Shown here: in pieces, positions 1 to 8,873 of the stretch | Position numbering within the stretch: the stretch's first letter is position 1 | Layout: the number at the start of each line of letters is the position of its first letter | Assembly: GCA_964448685.1 (NCBI GenBank) | Contig: CAYUWR010000010.1 | Coordinates: forward strand, 1,144-65,143 | Length of the DNA: 64,000 bases | Direction of reading: 5' to 3' | Origin: an uncultured Nitrososphaeria archaeon | GTDB taxonomy: Archaea; Thermoproteota; Nitrososphaeria; JACIWG01 | Notes under the pieces: generated by a model | The model's input: the letters and a program-made list of their open reading frames with translations, nothing else | What the model was told of the DNA's origin: nothing | The model's database searches: none | Position numbers and translations under genes: made by a program

Positions 1-681
1 GAGAACCTCCGCTACCTTGATCAATTCTTCTCGAGCGTTGGATAGGTAGACACCTCTGCCTGCCAAGATGACTGGAAGCTCCGCCTTCTCCAGTAGGCCG
101 ATTATCACCTCAACCTGTCCATGGTCAGGGGGAGGCCGCCGAACAGGCAGCCTCATGTAGTCGGCAGAAGCACCTTCTTCCATGAAGACTTCGACGGCGA
201 CCTCTATGTAGACAGGCCCCGGCCTACCACTTCTGGCATGACCAAATGCCTGAGAAACAGCCTGTGAAATCTGCTTGAGCGCTCTTATCCTGTACTGCGC
301 CTTCGTGATAGGCTTCACGATGTCAAGTTGGTCGCTTCCACCCATCAGCTGATGCATATGTGATCTCCTGTGGTTTCTGGGAGGAATCGTCGCTAAAACT
401 ACAAGTGGATCGCCTTCAAGCATTGCTTCAGCGATCGGCGAGAGAGAGCCTATTAGGCCAGGGCCGGATGTCACAATCAGGACGCCTTGAGTATTCTTGA
501 TCCTTGAATGTACGAGAGCCATGAAGGCAGCGGACAGTTCAAGCTTTGAGTTGACAACCTTTATGCCTTTCTCCAAAGACGACTTAAGCAGTGGAAGTAT
601 GCTTTCAGCCGATACAGTGTATACTGTTTCGACACCTTCCCCTAGAAGACATTCAACTATACATTCGCATCCCTTGGGCAT
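1..681 (-). CDS. Thiamine-diphosphate-dependent enzyme, acetolactate-synthase-like (N-terminal 227 codons; 3' end lies outside the window)
   Basis: Absent from the ORF track because it runs off the window edge. My minus-strand translation from ATG 681..679 gives MPKGCECIVECLLGEGVETVYTVSAES...VTSGPGLIGSLSPIAEAMLEGDPLVVLA...RPGPVYIEVAVEV...LPVILAGRG, typical of TPP-enzyme N-terminal and central domains. Confidence 0.7.
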   Translation of the reverse strand, partial: MPKGCECIVECLLGEGVETVYTVSAESILPLLKSSLEKGIKVVNSKLELSAAFMALVHSRIKNTQGVLIVTSGPGLIGSLSPIAEAMLEGDPLVVLATIPPRNHRRSHMHQLMGGSDQLDIVKPITKAQYRIRALKQISQAVSQAFGHARSGRPGPVYIEVAVEVFMEEGASADYMRLPVRRPPPDHGQVEVIIGLLEKAELPVILAGRGVYLSNAREELIKVAEVL

Positions 682-713
682 AAAGTCACTAAATACCGTT
701 TGCCTGACGGTTT

Positions 714-721
714 TTTATAAA
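714..721 (-). promoter_or_regulatory. TATA box (TTTATAAA) for the TPP-enzyme gene
   Basis: Palindromic TTTATAAA lies about 36 nt upstream of ATG 681. A 7-bp hairpin (gagacac...gtgtctc, 729..750) sits between it and the cbf5 stop. Confidence 0.4.
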
Positions 722-752
722 CCTTAGAGACACAGAAAAGTGAGTGTCTCCG

Positions 753-1754
753 TTAGCTCGATGAGGAAGGCTCTTTGGAACGCTTCCAGAGTCTCGGATA
801 GGTGTCTTCTGCCATTATCACCCGCTCTGTTCTCGCTGCAATCCCCTTCGAATTCTCTTCTATGGCGTCAGAGTCGAGCACAGCCCTACCTAGAGCGACA
901 AGCTCGCCTTTAAGACTCAATATGGTTACGAGATCGCCCTTTCCGATGTCGGCTGAAAAGCTGACGATACCTGGAATGGCGAGCTGAGCTCCATGACATA
1001 GAGCATCTATGGCTGAATCTCTTACAACGATCTTCTTGAAATGTCCGAGAACATTTTCTATCGGCTGAACGAGAACACGTAGGCCTGATTCATCGCCAGC
1101 CTCCTTCCATCTGTGGACAGAGGCAGAAAGCTCATGTAATGTGACAAGGCCCTGGTCTTCGCTCAAGTTGAACACTTTCGTCCTCCTCAGCTCCACCATC
1201 GTCGCGCCAACACCCAAGACTTCTCCTATATCGTACACGAGCTTTCTAATGTACGTGCCCGCCTCACATCTGACTCTGATGATCATGAGACGCCCCCGCT
1301 TCTCCACCACCTCTATTTCATATATTGTCCTAGGCCTTATCACCCTCTTCACACTAGACTTCTGAGGGGGACGCTGGTATATTGGCCCAGTGAACTCCGA
1401 AAGCACCCTATCAATCTCTTTTTCTGGAACATCATTATGTATCCTGACGACAGAGACATATTCTTTGGGACCGAGAAGAAAAAGGCCGAGAGCCTTCGTC
1501 GCATTTCCTAGAGCGATGGGCAGAAGGCCTGAAACCCCCGGATCCAATGTGCCACTGTGCCCAGCCTTCTCTCTCTGCAGCATCTTCCTCACCCAAGCGA
1601 CTACCTCGTGGCTTGAGGGACCTCGTGGCTTATCCAATGGTATGAAGCCGTAATCTAAATGTATGTTTATCGGCCTCTTGTCTGGATAGTAGCCGTATCT
1701 ATCGTCAGTCCTCTCATCTGACAAGATTACCATGTTGTCGGATGCTGAAGCCAT
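753..1754 (-). CDS. cbf5: H/ACA RNP pseudouridine synthase Cbf5 (TruB family with C-terminal PUA domain)
   Basis: 333 aa. Contains PLDKPRGPSSHEVVAWVRK...GHSGTLDPGVSGLLPIALG (TruB catalytic Asp motif). Its position after cmk at the end of the r-protein cluster is conserved in archaea. Confidence 0.9.
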   Translation of the reverse strand: MASASDNMVILSDERTDDRYGYYPDKRPINIHLDYGFIPLDKPRGPSSHEVVAWVRKMLQREKAGHSGTLDPGVSGLLPIALGNATKALGLFLLGPKEYVSVVRIHNDVPEKEIDRVLSEFTGPIYQRPPQKSSVKRVIRPRTIYEIEVVEKRGRLMIIRVRCEAGTYIRKLVYDIGEVLGVGATMVELRRTKVFNLSEDQGLVTLHELSASVHRWKEAGDESGLRVLVQPIENVLGHFKKIVVRDSAIDALCHGAQLAIPGIVSFSADIGKGDLVTILSLKGELVALGRAVLDSDAIEENSKGIAARTERVIMAEDTYPRLWKRSKEPSSSS

Positions 1755-1757
1755 ACC

Positions 1758-2318
1758 CTATTTCCCCAGCCTTCGCATCCTCGTCTCCACATAGCATTTA
1801 AGTATCGAGAAGACTTCGTCCTCGCTCAAGTCTTCCGTTGACATGATCAGATCACAGGCGTTCTTCACATCCTCCATAGATAGGCCATAGTACTTCTTGA
1901 ACCTGGCTATTTCACTGCCCTCTCTCGCTATTGTTTCCTGATATGATTCAGAAAAGGGTCTTCCATCTCTGACCGCGATCCTATCTATTCTGACGTTGTC
2001 AGGGGCAAAGAGAAATATTTTGATGTCCGCAACATCTCTGAGAAACCATGCACATAGCATGGAATCTACTACTACGTTTCCCTTCCTTCCCTCCTCCACA
2101 ACCGCTCCGTCTATGAAGCGGTCGATTTCTTGAGAACCTTCAGCCTCCATTGAGAGAGATAGGAGGGAGATATTTCGTGACCGAGCGAGGCTTCTAAATA
2201 TCATGCCACCTGAAACATGTCTGAGGCCGAAAGATTCAGCCAGCCTTCTGGCTTGAGAGGTCTTTCCTACACCATGTAGGCCGCTGACAGCAACTACTAT
2301 ACCCTTTCTGCTAGTCAA
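1758..2318 (-). CDS. cmk: Archaeal-type cytidylate (CMP) kinase
   Basis: 186 aa. P-loop VSGLHGVGKTS with nucleoside-monophosphate-kinase-like length, in the conserved position downstream of secY/DUF106. Confidence 0.8.
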   Translation of the reverse strand: MTSRKGIVVAVSGLHGVGKTSQARRLAESFGLRHVSGGMIFRSLARSRNISLLSLSMEAEGSQEIDRFIDGAVVEEGRKGNVVVDSMLCAWFLRDVADIKIFLFAPDNVRIDRIAVRDGRPFSESYQETIAREGSEIARFKKYYGLSMEDVKNACDLIMSTEDLSEDEVFSILKCYVETRMRRLGK

Positions 2319-2793
2319 GGCTCGTCCCAGCCAACTTAGATATCATCGTCGAGAATGCGAAGGATGTTATAAGATACCACCAGAAGAGCTCGAGGCTTGG
2401 GCCTACGAATATCAAATGGATGGGAGAGTAGGCGACAACAGACGCTGACCCAACAACGGATGAGACAAACCAGAAGATGAGCATGAACGGTATAAGGAAG
2501 ATGAAGGACGCCTTCAGACGCTGGTTAGAGGACTTCAGCTCCATTTCCCTGATACCCTTCTCCTTCTTTCTAAGCTTCTCCTCTCTAGCCTTATCACCCT
2601 TTCTCACAGCGTCCATAAGCTCCTTCCTAAACCGTCTCGCCTCCCTAGCGATCCGCCTTGACTCTTCGACGTTCACCAGAAACCTTGTCGCAACCTGAGA
2701 TATGACGTTCAACCCTAACGAAGTCAACACGATAAGCAAGGTAGAGTAGGGAATCTCATTCCAGACGATTTCAAATATCATCGACTCAATCAA
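2311..2793 (-). CDS. DUF106 membrane protein (EMC3/TMCO1-like, Oxa1/YidC-superfamily insertase homolog)
   Basis: 160 aa. TM helix, then a charged coiled-coil (RRIAREARRFRKELMDAVRKGDKAREEKLRKKEK), then 2 TM helices. Conserved archaeal neighbour of secY. Confidence 0.7.
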   Translation of the reverse strand: MIESMIFEIVWNEIPYSTLLIVLTSLGLNVISQVATRFLVNVEESRRIAREARRFRKELMDAVRKGDKAREEKLRKKEKGIREMELKSSNQRLKASFIFLIPFMLIFWFVSSVVGSASVVAYSPIHLIFVGPSLELFWWYLITSFAFSTMISKLAGTSLD

Positions 2794-2840
2794 CCCAGAA
2801 GACCTTCTGCACTCTTAACCATAGAAACGGTAACATAATA

Positions 2841-4259
2841 TCATTTTCTGCCAAGCAGGCCACCTAACCTAGGCATGAACTCTTCAATCTGCTCCTGAAC
2901 AAGCGTCTGATAGTATTGGATACCTATGTCGACCATAAGAAGTATACCTATGCCTGAACCTAACACCATGAACAGGTCAGAAAATGCCGCGAGAAGGCCT
3001 ATGAAGAGGCCGCCCAAAAGCGTCAAGGTTGGAATATACTTGTTCAAGATCTGGCTGATGCTCACCTCCGACCTCCTGAAGCCTGGAACCTGCACGCCTG
3101 CGTCGACAAGGTTCTTCGCAACCTTCTCAGGCGATAGGCCGCCGATCTCCACCCAGATCTTTGCGAAGAGTACACAGAAGCCCACAAGCAGCAGTGTAAA
3201 TATAAGCACATGAAGTGGGTCTGAAGTAACTGCTGAAAGACCTCTGGGAGCTGTTACATAGTAGGCTAACCCTCCTGTAGGCGCATTCGTCGTACTATTG
3301 AAGGTGCCGAACAGGTTAAGTATGAAGTTGTCATTCTTGGGGTTAAACCTAACCCAAGCGAACTGAGAAAAGAATGTTATATTCGTCAGCATGGCAGAAG
3401 TCAAGATTATGGGAATATTTGACACATAGAGGAACTTTATAGGGTAGACGCCGCCGAAACCTCTGTACCTAGAAGAGGTGATAGGTATTTCAACCCTCAA
3501 ACCCTCCACGTAGACGATAAGAAGTATTACGAGTATCGTTAATAGAACAGTCAATATAGAGGGGAAACCGGAGCTTCTATAGAAGAGTTCTGCGAAGCTC
3601 GACGTCGGCGCCTTAGCAACAAGATAGGGGATCAGACCATAAGGGGCAGTAACATTAGCTTCATCGGTTATTGGAAGAGGACTCAGGATCCCCCATATGA
3701 TCTGTACGGCGGCACCGGAGAAGATGAATAAGCTGATACCGCTTCCTATCCCCCAACCCTTCTGGACCATTTCATCCAAGAGCATCACAATTACAGTTGC
3801 CACGAATAGCTGGAGCATGATTACGACTGTGATCTGTGGGGTGATATTCGCACCGAACATGCCGCCGAATATGTATGCAGAGCATTCCATCAAGGCTATA
3901 ATTATCGTCATGAACTTTGTTGAAGCAGTAAACAGAGCTCTATCTTCAGTCTTCTTAAGATCCAACTTTATTATATCTGCGCCTTGAAGAAGCTGAACTA
4001 TCAAGCCTGCTGTAACTATAGGCCCTATACCCAACTCCATCAACGTCCCCCTAGCAGAGGCGAAGATGATTCTCGAGTACGTTAGAGGATCGTTCCCTTT
4101 AGCAACCCCATATAGTGGGGTTTCAACCATGACAAAGTAGATGACAAGCACTGCGGCAGTCCATATAAGGCGTTCGTTGAGAGAAAGCTTTCTGGTCGGC
4201 TTCGGGACCTCAGGGATTATCGTCGAGAAGTTCTTGATGAAGCTGGAGAGGGCACCCAA
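2841..4259 (-). CDS. secY: Preprotein translocase subunit SecY
   Basis: 472 aa polytopic membrane protein with an N-terminus of the type ...IPEVPKPTRKLSLNERLIWT. TTG start 8 nt after the uL15 stop. Confidence 0.95.
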   Translation of the reverse strand: MGALSSFIKNFSTIIPEVPKPTRKLSLNERLIWTAAVLVIYFVMVETPLYGVAKGNDPLTYSRIIFASARGTLMELGIGPIVTAGLIVQLLQGADIIKLDLKKTEDRALFTASTKFMTIIIALMECSAYIFGGMFGANITPQITVVIMLQLFVATVIVMLLDEMVQKGWGIGSGISLFIFSGAAVQIIWGILSPLPITDEANVTAPYGLIPYLVAKAPTSSFAELFYRSSGFPSILTVLLTILVILLIVYVEGLRVEIPITSSRYRGFGGVYPIKFLYVSNIPIILTSAMLTNITFFSQFAWVRFNPKNDNFILNLFGTFNSTTNAPTGGLAYYVTAPRGLSAVTSDPLHVLIFTLLLVGFCVLFAKIWVEIGGLSPEKVAKNLVDAGVQVPGFRRSEVSISQILNKYIPTLTLLGGLFIGLLAAFSDLFMVLGSGIGILLMVDIGIQYYQTLVQEQIEEFMPRLGGLLGRK

Positions 4260-4267
4260 GATCAGCT

Positions 4268-4636
4268 CTACCCTTTAATTACTCCCCCAGCGTCAACAAC
4301 CTTCCTTCTGGCTCCTTCAGTGAAGCTATCGACTACGATCAGATAAGCGCCTTTGACCGAGCCGCCGCCGAGAAGCTTCTTTATCCCCATCGAGGAGAGG
4401 TCGAGAACCGGCTTGCCTTCCAAGTCTCCAACCTTTCCCTTGGTTGAAAGCTTCCTGTAAAGCTCATCCAATGAGCCGACATTGATCCACTTATCGGGCT
4501 TAGAGGCCTGTGGGGGGTGCATGTCATCCTTGCCAAAGTGGTCTGGGTCATACTTTATAGTCCAACTCCACCTATGCTTATGTAGGCCAGCGTTGCCAAC
4601 TCCACCCCTCTGCCCAGAAGCCCTATGTTGGCCCAC
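4268..4636 (-). CDS. rpl15: 50S ribosomal protein uL15 (coordinates run to the first canonical start; conserved N-terminal codons continue to 4702)
   Basis: GQHRASGQRGGVGNAGLHKHRWSW matches uL15. The same frame upstream encodes TPTRLRKIRKLRGSRTHGWGQ with no ATG/GTG/TTG (see finding). Confidence 0.85.
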   Translation of the reverse strand: MGQHRASGQRGGVGNAGLHKHRWSWTIKYDPDHFGKDDMHPPQASKPDKWINVGSLDELYRKLSTKGKVGDLEGKPVLDLSSMGIKKLLGGGSVKGAYLIVVDSFTEGARRKVVDAGGVIKG

Positions 4637-4719
4637 CTGACCCCAACCGTGGGTCCTAGATCCACGAAGCTTTCTGATCTTTCTAAGTCTAGTAGGCGTA
4701 ACCTATCACCTTAACCATG

Positions 4720-5211
4720 TCATTTCTTCTTCAATCTGATTTCCAAGATGCCATTGTTGCATTGCATCTGCATAGATCCAATGTCAGCATCAGGGGGAAC
4801 AGATATAATCTTTTCATATTTTGCGTCCTTGGAGTCCACCGACAGACGAATTTCGTTCCCTCTCACGCCGAGGTGGACGTCCTCCTTCTTCACGCCTGGA
4901 ACTTCGGCGAGGACTACAACTTCCCTACCTCGGTCCATGACATCAACAAGAGGCTCTCTGACCTCAGACAGAACCCTGCCACGTCCCGTTCTACGCACAT
5001 TTCCAAACTCTCTGACTTCAGGCCTACCATCAGGGCCGATGGTTATAGAGAAGCCGTAGATGTAAGGCCCAGGCTTCTTGCCTTCTGGCTCCCGATCCAC
5101 TTCAACAGTGTCGAAGTGCTTGAACATTTCGTCAACCAGCTCATCGAACTTGTCGTCGAATTCGTCGAACACGTCAAACCACTTCTTCTTCTTTCTCTTA
5201 TTCCAGCTCAT
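4720..5211 (-). CDS. hsp20: Small heat-shock protein, Hsp20/alpha-crystallin family
   Basis: 163 aa. Alpha-crystallin domain DVMDRGREVVVLAEVPGVKKEDVHLGV...NNGILEIRLKKK. ATG start with GGAGG 9 nt upstream. Confidence 0.85.
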   Translation of the reverse strand: MSWNKRKKKKWFDVFDEFDDKFDELVDEMFKHFDTVEVDREPEGKKPGPYIYGFSITIGPDGRPEVREFGNVRRTGRGRVLSEVREPLVDVMDRGREVVVLAEVPGVKKEDVHLGVRGNEIRLSVDSKDAKYEKIISVPPDADIGSMQMQCNNGILEIRLKKK

Positions 5212-5253
5212 CTTTCCTATCCTCCGGACATCCGCACCATCATGCCGTTAACC

Positions 5254-5261
5254 TTATATCT
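5254..5261 (-). promoter_or_regulatory. TATA-like box (AGATATAA on the minus strand) upstream of hsp20
   Basis: Lies in the 72-nt gap between the rpl30 stop (5284) and hsp20 ATG (5211), about 46 nt from the ATG and followed by SD GGAGG (5225..5221). Confidence 0.4.
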
Positions 5262-5283
5262 TTTGACGCATTTATTAACTTAG

Positions 5284-5757
5284 CTAGATCATTCTAGATA
5301 TCAGAGAGAGGATCTGCCTGTTTTCTCCCAACACACCGCCTGCGTTAAACGGCTTCTTCGTCGACCTCTTGAACCCTCCCTTAGGCGGCGAAAGATTAAA
5401 GTACTGCTTCACCTTCTTGAGCTGGTTCAGCTTCGTAGCACCATCGACCACACTTGATATCATCTTGTCGAGATCTTCAAAGCCTTCGGCTTTGGCGACT
5501 GATTCATCAACACGTTTACCCTCCACCGTTCTACCCCTCTCCACAAAGAGGCGCTTAGCTGTCTCGAAATCGATTTCACCCCATGCGATGTGGTCTTTCG
5601 CCAAATTGAGCATCCCCAGATAGTAGCTGTCCTTTGGGACAATAGTCGCACTATATAGCCTTCTCAGTTTCAAGAGTTCAAGGGTCTTTCTCACATCATA
5701 TCGTGTGTTGACCGTCCCCCTTACCCTGACGACAACCAGCTGAGCCATTTCGACCAC
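5284..5757 (-). CDS. rpl30: 50S ribosomal protein uL30
   Basis: 157 aa. LVVVRVRGTVNTRYDVRKTLELLKLRR, in the conserved operon position. Confidence 0.9.
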   Translation of the reverse strand: MVEMAQLVVVRVRGTVNTRYDVRKTLELLKLRRLYSATIVPKDSYYLGMLNLAKDHIAWGEIDFETAKRLFVERGRTVEGKRVDESVAKAEGFEDLDKMISSVVDGATKLNQLKKVKQYFNLSPPKGGFKRSTKKPFNAGGVLGENRQILSLISRMI

Positions 5758-6386
5758 TATTTCACCTGTGAAAGCAGGTGCAGCTGCTTAAGTGCATCAT
5801 AGATCGCATATGCGACAGATGGGTATGTGTTGGTTGCACCATAGGTTCTTGTCCAAGCGTCCTTCAATCCAGCAAGTGACAGAAGCTTCTTTATGTTTTC
5901 GCCTGCCACAAGTCCAAGACCTCTCGGTCCAGGAATGATGTCGATGCGGACGCTGCCACATTTTCCAGTAACCTTGAAAGGAAGCGAATGCGGCTGATTG
6001 CATTTGCATTCCCAGCTGCCGCATCCTAGCTCGACAGGCACAATATTCAATAAAGCATCGTTTGTAGCCTTGTCTATTGCAGTACGCATCGTCGCAGCCT
6101 TTCCTGCGCCAACCCCAAACCAGCCATTACCGTTGCCTACAGCCAGTATAACCCTAAACTTTGTGACTTCTCCTGCATCCGTCTGTTTCTGGACGATCGT
6201 GACGCCTACAACTTCTGTTGAAACATCAGCCAGCAGTGTCTTCACGATTTCAGGCTCCTTTATCTTGTATCCGAGCTCGAAAGCCTCATGCAAATCTGCA
6301 AGCTTGCCCTCAGCTACAAGCCTACCTAGCTTAGTCTTCGGAGCCCAAGATGAAGAACCCTCCTTGACCCTTTCTCGCCTACTCAT
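5757..6386 (-). CDS. rps5: 30S ribosomal protein uS5
   Basis: 209 aa. VVGVTIVQKQTDAGEVTKFRVILAVGNGNGWFGVGAGKA...; operon position. Confidence 0.92.
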   Translation of the reverse strand: MSRRERVKEGSSSWAPKTKLGRLVAEGKLADLHEAFELGYKIKEPEIVKTLLADVSTEVVGVTIVQKQTDAGEVTKFRVILAVGNGNGWFGVGAGKAATMRTAIDKATNDALLNIVPVELGCGSWECKCNQPHSLPFKVTGKCGSVRIDIIPGPRGLGLVAGENIKKLLSLAGLKDAWTRTYGATNTYPSVAYAIYDALKQLHLLSQVK

Positions 6387-6976
6387 TCTATCGCACCCTC
6401 CTTTTCAACTATCGCCTTTCTAACTTTATCGAATACATTTGATAGCTCTTCGACGTCGACTCCTTCTCGGACATAGCCGGAAAACCTCCTATTGTATAGG
6501 TCGAAGTCGGAGGACTTAAGCCTCCTGACATAGGAGACGATATGTTCACCTCTTATCTTCCCGTCATCTGGGAAGGTTTCAGGGTCAGCTTCAACCTTCA
6601 AGCCTCCATCAATCAACCCCTTCACAGCTGCCGCAGCCCTGGAGCCTACAACATATGGCTCAATACCCATATATACTATAGCCCGTGAGCCAACCTTCTC
6701 CTTCACCCTAAGTCCAAGCATGAGGCCGCAGAGATAGCATGCAGGAATATTCTTCCTCGAGAAGGGCCAGCCGAACTTCTGGAGCTGCCTCGACTGCACC
6801 GAACCAACCACTATGTCTCCTCTTGGTTCAGCCCTTATCACCTGCAATAGGACATTCTTGTTTGAAATCCTTATTGTCACAAACGGAAGACGGCTTGCCA
6901 CAACCTTCTTTCTAAGATGGTAGTCGGTCTTACCCTCCCTCCTCCTTCTATACATCTGAACGTGTCTAGCCTTCAA
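6383..6976 (-). CDS. rpl18: 50S ribosomal protein uL18
   Basis: 197 aa. YRRRREGKTDYHLRKKVV...ISNKNVLLQVI; operon position. Confidence 0.92.
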   Translation of the reverse strand: MKARHVQMYRRRREGKTDYHLRKKVVASRLPFVTIRISNKNVLLQVIRAEPRGDIVVGSVQSRQLQKFGWPFSRKNIPACYLCGLMLGLRVKEKVGSRAIVYMGIEPYVVGSRAAAAVKGLIDGGLKVEADPETFPDDGKIRGEHIVSYVRRLKSSDFDLYNRRFSGYVREGVDVEELSNVFDKVRKAIVEKEGAIE

Positions 6977-7407
6977 CTCAAAGCACCCCTTCTACCCATT
7001 TCTCTAGCTATCTCGTCAAGCCTCTTGACCGTCTTCACCTGCCCACCTTTCACCCAAAGATAGAGCTTCTTGTAGTTTTCCTTGCTTATCACACCATTCT
7101 TCAGAAGATAGCGTAGGTGAGCCCTTAGAGCCCTAACCTTCTTCACCCAAGCCCTCTTCTTTCCCTGCCTCACACCCTTCGCACCCTTCCTCGATCCAGC
7201 ACCTTTCCTCACCTTCTTTCTTACACGGGATCTTGAGACCCCCGTCTTCTGCCTGATCACTATAGCCTTCTGGTTGATCAAGGAGTCGATTTCCTCTCTT
7301 GTAATCGCATCCTGTATGTGTTCTCTCGCTTCAGGCATAAGCTTCACCCGCGATACTCCAACGCCAAGGATCCTTGCAACCAGCTCCTTCTTACCTCTTA
7401 AGTTCAA
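6973..7407 (-). CDS. rpl19e: 50S ribosomal protein eL19
   Basis: 144 aa. LRGKKELVARILGVGVSRVKL...GSRKGAKGVRQGKKRAW. Confidence 0.9.
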   Translation of the reverse strand: MNLRGKKELVARILGVGVSRVKLMPEAREHIQDAITREEIDSLINQKAIVIRQKTGVSRSRVRKKVRKGAGSRKGAKGVRQGKKRAWVKKVRALRAHLRYLLKNGVISKENYKKLYLWVKGGQVKTVKRLDEIAREMGRRGALS

Positions 7408-7801
7408 CCTTCTTCAACCTCCTTGGGTTAAGTACATGAATATTCAACTCCTTGGACTTCTGGATTATTTCAAGCCTCTTCCTTCTGCCAACTGTCGCAG
7501 CGATCCTTGCGGCATCCAACTTCGGATTCAAGGCAGCCAACTCTTCCACGTTGTGTACGAGAACTTCCCTGTATCCAGACGGATGTAAGCCTCTGATGAT
7601 TCTTGGAGAACCGTAGCCGACCTTTACTCTAGCAGGCCACCCACTATACTCCTTTCTAACCTTGTTATCCAAGCCTTTCGGTTTCCGCCAGTTAGGCTTC
7701 AACCTAACATATCTCCACGACTCAGGCCTCACAAACTTGGGCTTCTTCTTCAAGCGCCCCCTTCTCGCCGCTTCAGCTTCGCTCATACACGTATACACCA
7801 T
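7391..7801 (-). CDS. rpl32e: 50S ribosomal protein eL32
   Basis: 136 aa. KPKFVRPESWRYVRLKPNWRKPKGLDNKVR. The start could instead be ATG 7786. Confidence 0.9.
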   Translation of the reverse strand: MVYTCMSEAEAARRGRLKKKPKFVRPESWRYVRLKPNWRKPKGLDNKVRKEYSGWPARVKVGYGSPRIIRGLHPSGYREVLVHNVEELAALNPKLDAARIAATVGRRKRLEIIQKSKELNIHVLNPRRLKKVELKR

Positions 7802-8294
7802 CCAAGAAAACTCTTTGATCTTTCCTTCTCACCGTGGTCGCTGATTCTATGTTAGCAGCCGTCTGGCCAACATCCTCCTTTGAAACCCCTTGCACAATAA
7901 CGTCGTCGCCTACGACAGAAACCTTGCATGAGCCGACGATCTTGGCGACCCTCGGAGACTTTTCACCGTAAAAGTTTTCGATGAAGACTTCATTTCCTTT
8001 GACCTTGATAGAGATAGGAAAATGGGCGGAGACTACCTTGAGCTTATAGGTGTATCCTTTGGTGACACCAGTAAACATGTTTTCGATCAGTGACGAGGCT
8101 GTGCCTAAGACCGCGAAGTCGCTTCTTCTGTCACTGTACGACCTCAACTTTATGTTTCCATTAGACAGTTCAATAAACAGCCTTATCTTGGAGAAGTCTC
8201 TAGCAGCCGAGCCAAGTGGGCCTGCAACCTTCAAGATCCCCCCCTCCAAGGCCACTGAAACGTTTTCAGGCTTTCTTATCGAGACTTCAGCCAT
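7773..8294 (-). CDS. rpl6: 50S ribosomal protein uL6
   Basis: I place the start at internal ATG 8294 (MAEVSIRKPENVSVALEGGILKVAGPLG...). The 64-codon upstream extension in the ORF track overlaps uS8 and looks non-coding. Confidence 0.9.
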   Translation of the reverse strand: MAEVSIRKPENVSVALEGGILKVAGPLGSAARDFSKIRLFIELSNGNIKLRSYSDRRSDFAVLGTASSLIENMFTGVTKGYTYKLKVVSAHFPISIKVKGNEVFIENFYGEKSPRVAKIVGSCKVSVVGDDVIVQGVSKEDVGQTAANIESATTVRRKDQRVFLDGVYVYERS

Positions 8295-8305
8295 CGCCGA
8301 CACCT

Positions 8306-8707
8306 CTAATAAACGTACCCCAGAAGCTTGCCGCCTACACCCTTCTTCTTGGCTTCGATCTGCGACATCACACCCTGTGATGTGCTTACAACAAGCATGC
8401 CATAGTTGAAGGATGGAAGGTACTTCCTCTCCCATAGGTCGTATTCGTCCACCTTCACACTGTACCTTGGAGTTATAGAACTGCATTTCACAATCTTGCC
8501 GAGCAACTGCACCCTAAACTTTCCACCTCTACCATCGTCTACCTGCTCGAACTCCCCTATGTACCCATACTTCTGCAGGATCTTCAGCACCTCCCTTGCG
8601 AGGTTCGAGGTTGGCGCAATCACGCATTCCTTCTTCCTTCTGAGCTCGTTATTGTATAATGTGCTGAAAAGGTTTGATATGACGTTCTTCGCTGGCATCA
8701 GATCCAC
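8306..8707 (-). CDS. rps8: 30S ribosomal protein uS8
   Basis: 133 aa. NVISNLFSTLYNNELRRKKECVIAPTSNLAREVLKILQKYGYIGEFE. Confidence 0.92.
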   Translation of the reverse strand: MDLMPAKNVISNLFSTLYNNELRRKKECVIAPTSNLAREVLKILQKYGYIGEFEQVDDGRGGKFRVQLLGKIVKCSSITPRYSVKVDEYDLWERKYLPSFNYGMLVVSTSQGVMSQIEAKKKGVGGKLLGYVY

Positions 8708-8869
8708 CTACTCATATTTTCTGAAGCCCAGCTTCTCAGCCATCTCCTTGAAGCATTGCCTACAATAGTATAGGTTGTACATTTGGATCACCGGCCCATA
8801 TGCACCACATCTCCTACACACCCTCGATCCCTTTCCAAACTTCCTCGGCTTTCCATGACGTATCTTCAC
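8708..8869 (-). CDS. rps14: 30S ribosomal protein uS14 (zinc-binding type)
   Basis: Too short for the ORF track. My translation is (V/M)[52 protein letters not shown], with CxxC...CxxC. GTG 8869 (or TTG 8872). It fills the expected gap between uL5 and uS8. Confidence 0.85.
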   Translation of the reverse strand: MKIRHGKPRKFGKGSRVCRRCGAYGPVIQMYNLYYCRQCFKEMAEKLGFRKYE

Positions 8870-8873
8870 CAAA

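Noticed and set aside
4717-5283. Long antisense ORFs mirroring well-supported genes, for example 4717..5283(+) opposite hsp20, 19303..20106(+) opposite the IDH-family gene, 32679..33269(-) opposite leuA, 35713..36240(+) opposite rtcB, and 60069..60926(-) plus 61080..61820(-) opposite mgtA.
   Set aside because: Each lies entirely within a gene whose product has clear family motifs. Their translations are low-complexity (Ser/Pro/Thr/Leu-rich) with no recognisable motifs. Stop-free antisense frames are an expected by-product of codon bias.
7773-8486. N-terminal extensions in ORF-track models: uL6 to 8486, Lrp to 45070, EamA from 22675, LeuD to 25352, LeuC to 26751, DnaK from 55560, and GrpE from 55043.
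   Set aside because: The extensions overlap upstream genes or promoter elements and lack family-like sequence. Internal starts give the canonical N-termini and sensible SD or TATA spacing.
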